A DNA stretch of 47,169 nt, taken from an uncultured Bacilli bacterium (GTDB lineage: Bacteria; Bacillota_I; Bacilli_A; RF39; UBA660). A program made the translations under genes and the position numbers. Under the pieces are notes generated by a model, which was not told the origin of the DNA, did not search any database, and was given only the letters and a program-made list of their open reading frames with translations. This document shows positions 44,989 to 47,169 of this stretch, piece by piece; positions within the stretch are counted from its first letter, which is position 1; each line of letters starts with the position of its first letter. The stretch covers positions 1 to 47,169 of the forward strand of contig CANQHW010000001.1 of NCBI GenBank assembly GCA_947623855.1, in the 5' to 3' direction.

Positions 44989-45770
44989 ACATCTTTCACC
45001 AACCCATCTTTATCTAAATAGATTTTATCAGTAAGGTCATAGTATCCTAATTGAATAGATAAATCTATTATAAATGGTAAATTATAACCTAATCTTTTAA
45101 AGATTTTTTCTTCTTTAAATACTTCGGGAATATTTCCTTCTAGGATAACTTTACCTTTATATAAACAGTATAAATATTCAGTATCTAAGCTAGTTTCTAG
45201 GTTACTAGTAATATTAATAATAGTTATTTTATTTTTTTTACAGTATTTATATATTTTCTTTTGGGTACTTTTATTAAATTCTTCTAGAGTATTATCGAGT
45301 ATTAAGAAGGGAGGTCTTTCAATTAAAGCACATACTATTTTAAGAAGATAACTTTCTATTCGACCGAGTCTTTCTACTTCAAGATTTATAATAGGAAAGA
45401 TATTAAATTTATTAAGTAAAGTTTCTAATAGGTCTTTTTTTTCTTGAACTTCTAATGTATTTTTACTTAAACTATGTAGTATTTCTTCTTTAACTTTTTT
45501 TCTTTTAAATTTTAGTTCTTTATCTATAACTTTATAATATTTGGAAAGTAAACGAAAATTATCGTCATTGACGGGAATGCCGTTTATTTTTAAATCTCCT
45601 TTATAGGGAAGTTTATGTTCGATAATTCTTATGATAGTGGTTTTACCACTATCACCAATGATTGTTATAGGATGTCCTTCTCTTACTTCTAAAGAAAGAT
45701 TATTTAGAATGGTTACTTTAGTATTTTGATAACTAATGTTATTTAGAACAATACTTTTCATTTCTTTCAC
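44979..45770 (-). CDS. EcfA1-like ABC ATPase homologue with degenerate motifs
   Basis: 263 aa. IIGDSGKTT is a shortened P-loop, LGRIES replaces LSGGQ, FLILDN replaces LDE, and ITSNL replaces ITHD. The C-terminal ECF-coupling region is conserved (…IFKRLGYNLPFIIDLSIQL…GLVKDVW). Confidence 0.75.
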   Translation of the reverse strand: MKEMKSIVLNNISYQNTKVTILNNLSLEVREGHPITIIGDSGKTTIIRIIEHKLPYKGDLKINGIPVNDDNFRLLSKYYKVIDKELKFKRKKVKEEILHSLSKNTLEVQEKKDLLETLLNKFNIFPIINLEVERLGRIESYLLKIVCALIERPPFLILDNTLEEFNKSTQKKIYKYCKKNKITIINITSNLETSLDTEYLYCLYKGKVILEGNIPEVFKEEKIFKRLGYNLPFIIDLSIQLGYYDLTDKIYLDKDGLVKDVWK

Positions 45771-45861
45771 CTAACTAGCTATTATACTATAAATTCTTTA
45801 AAAGAAAAGAAAAAAGTAAGGATATTGATTTATTTAAGAAAATAAATTATATTTAATAGTA

Positions 45862-46233
45862 ATGGGTGATGATATGAAAATAGATATAACGGAGTTAGAT
45901 AAGTATAATTTATTAGGTTATGATAGAGAGTTAAGAAGTTTTATTATGAATTTTATTGATAAGTTATATCCGTTATCTAGTAATGATATGGCAGAGGTAT
46001 TAGAGGGAAAGGAAACACTTAAAACAAGGGAAAGAAAGTATGTAAGAGGGTTATTGTTAGAAATAAAGGATGAGATAATAGATAGGGAGTTAAAGTTAAG
46101 AAAAGAAGATTTAAAGAAGAGTTATTTAAATGATACTATGAATTATGAGATTAAGAAGAGTTTGGAGTTTAAAAAAGAGATGTTAGATATGGTAAAAGAA
46201 AGATATGTGGAAAAGAAGAATAGAAAGTTATAG
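45862..46233 (+). CDS. Hypothetical charged/helical protein
   Basis: 123-aa ORF; no recognisable domain. The start may be the internal MKIDIT. Confidence 0.4.
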   Translation: MGDDMKIDITELDKYNLLGYDRELRSFIMNFIDKLYPLSSNDMAEVLEGKETLKTRERKYVRGLLLEIKDEIIDRELKLRKEDLKKSYLNDTMNYEIKKSLEFKKEMLDMVKERYVEKKNRKL

Positions 46234-46299
46234 AAGGTAAAATAACTTTTTTCTTTTTTTAAAATAAGGTATAATTATTTATAGAAAGAACGGGTTAAT

Positions 46300-47169
46300 A
46301 TGGAATATAGAGAACTTAAAGATTTAAGTTTAGTTTTGGAAGATAAATTAAATAATATTAGGAGGTCGCTTTGACTTATCTGTAAAAGAAGAAAGAATTA
46401 AAGAGATTGAATTATTAATGGAGAAGGAAGACTTTTGGAGTGATATGAGTAAGGCTTCTTTACTTAATAAGGAGTTAGCAACTTTAAAAAAAGAGATTAA
46501 AGATACACAAGATGTGACGAATAGTTTTTATGATTTAAAAGAATATTTAGAATTAGTAAAAGATGATATAGAGTCTTTAGAGGAAGTAGAAAGTAATTTT
46601 AAAGAAATAGATAATAAATTAAATGAATTAGAAGTTACTTGTTTTTTAAGTGGACCTTATGATAATTTAAATTGTTTTTTAGAGATTCATCCGGGAGCAG
46701 GGGGGACAGAATCTTGTGATTGGGCGAGTATGCTTCTTAGGATGTATAAAAGATTTTGTGAAAGAGAAGATTTTAAGTGTGAAGTAATTGATGAGCAAAA
46801 AGAAGATCCGGCAGGGATTAAGAGTGCAACGTTAAAGATAAGTGGGTTAAATGCTTATGGATATTTGAAATGTGAACAAGGAGTACACAGATTAGTACGT
46901 ATTTCACCTTTTGATGCCAATAAAAGAAGACATACATCTTTTGCATCAGTGACGGTAACGCCAGAGTTTGATAAAAAAATTGATATTGAAATAAATGAAA
47001 GTGATTTAAAGATAGATGTATATCATAGTAGTGGGGCAGGAGGTCAGTCGGTAAATACATCTAATTCGGCGGTAAGGATTACGCATTTACCATCTAAAAT
47101 AGTAGTTACTTGTCAAGTAGAAAGAAGTCAGTTAAAGAATAAAGAAATGGCTTTAAATATGTTAAAATC
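46300..47169 (+). CDS. prfB: Peptide chain release factor 2, with programmed +1 frameshift; 3' end cut by window edge
   Basis: ORF0 is [24 protein letters not shown], ending at CTT TGA C (46369-46375), with an internal SD AGGAGG 3 nt upstream. The +1 frame continues [11 protein letters not shown]…[16 protein letters not shown]…[11 protein letters not shown]…[23 protein letters not shown] (SPF and GGQ motifs). It is missed by the ORF track. Confidence 0.93.

Noticed and set aside
1645-47060. ORF-track entries lying antisense or out of frame inside well-supported genes: 1645..1983, 7104..7355, 8866..9093, 11476..11661, 13915..14130, 14456..14761, 14682..14903, 20538..20816, 21192..21407, 26318..26761, 27091..27381, 27673..27885, 27901..28137, 34950..35147, 35448..35756, 37188..37460, 38629..38850, 39111..39365, 42633..42821, 44725..44922, 46818..47060.
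   Set aside because: They overlap genes with clear conserved motifs. Their products are low-complexity and rich in I, F, L, S and K, as expected from reading AT-rich coding DNA on the wrong strand. None has a convincing RBS or domain. 13915..14130 also overlaps the SRP RNA.
1-47169. Search for CRISPR arrays, tRNA or rRNA genes, transposases, integrases and prophage blocks.
   Set aside because: I saw none. There are no regularly spaced direct repeats, no cloverleaf-like GC-rich ~75-nt segments other than the SRP RNA and the DUF3800-adjacent hairpin, and no recombinase-like ORFs.

Overview
This window is the replication-origin region of an AT-rich, endospore-forming Bacillota chromosome (standard code; TGA is used as a stop). 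The left edge carries jag-yidC-rnpA-rpmH on the minus strand. A bipartite oriC flanks dnaA, followed by dnaN, recF, gyrB and gyrA. A compressed version of the Bacillus subtilis origin-proximal gene order then runs on the plus strand: ffs, tadA, dnaX, ybaB, recR, bofA, holB, ricT, yabB, pth, mfd, spoVT-like, T-box/metG, tatD, 3D-domain protein, rsmA, yabG, veg, spoVG, yabP, yabQ, divIC. From 33.8 to 45.8 kb every gene lies on the minus strand, head-on to the inferred replication direction. This block holds SDR, htrA, Abi_2, cwlD, Fic/Doc-like, nucleoside phosphorylase, DUF3800, rpsI-rplM, FAD-Rieske, truA and two degenerate EcfA-like genes. The window ends in prfB with its classic +1 frameshift site. 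Non-coding signals read directly from the sequence are perfect DnaA boxes, three clustered parS sites, Noc-binding-site palindromes, two Spo0A boxes ahead of a ComK-like gene, a short SRP RNA and a Met T-box. Small accessory or defence-like insertions interrupt the conserved backbone: a DinD/Bro-N gene, an AbiEi/AbiEii pair with a frameshifted toxin, Abi_2 coupled to htrA, a repeat-framed Fic/Doc-like gene, and DUF3800 with a long structured RNA element. No single obvious multi-gene novel system was found. The best candidates for follow-up are the motif-dead EcfA pair, the GTGAAACA repeat-framed Fic/Doc gene, the DUF3800 RNA element, and the dnaN-coupled coiled-coil protein in a genome region that lacks yabA.
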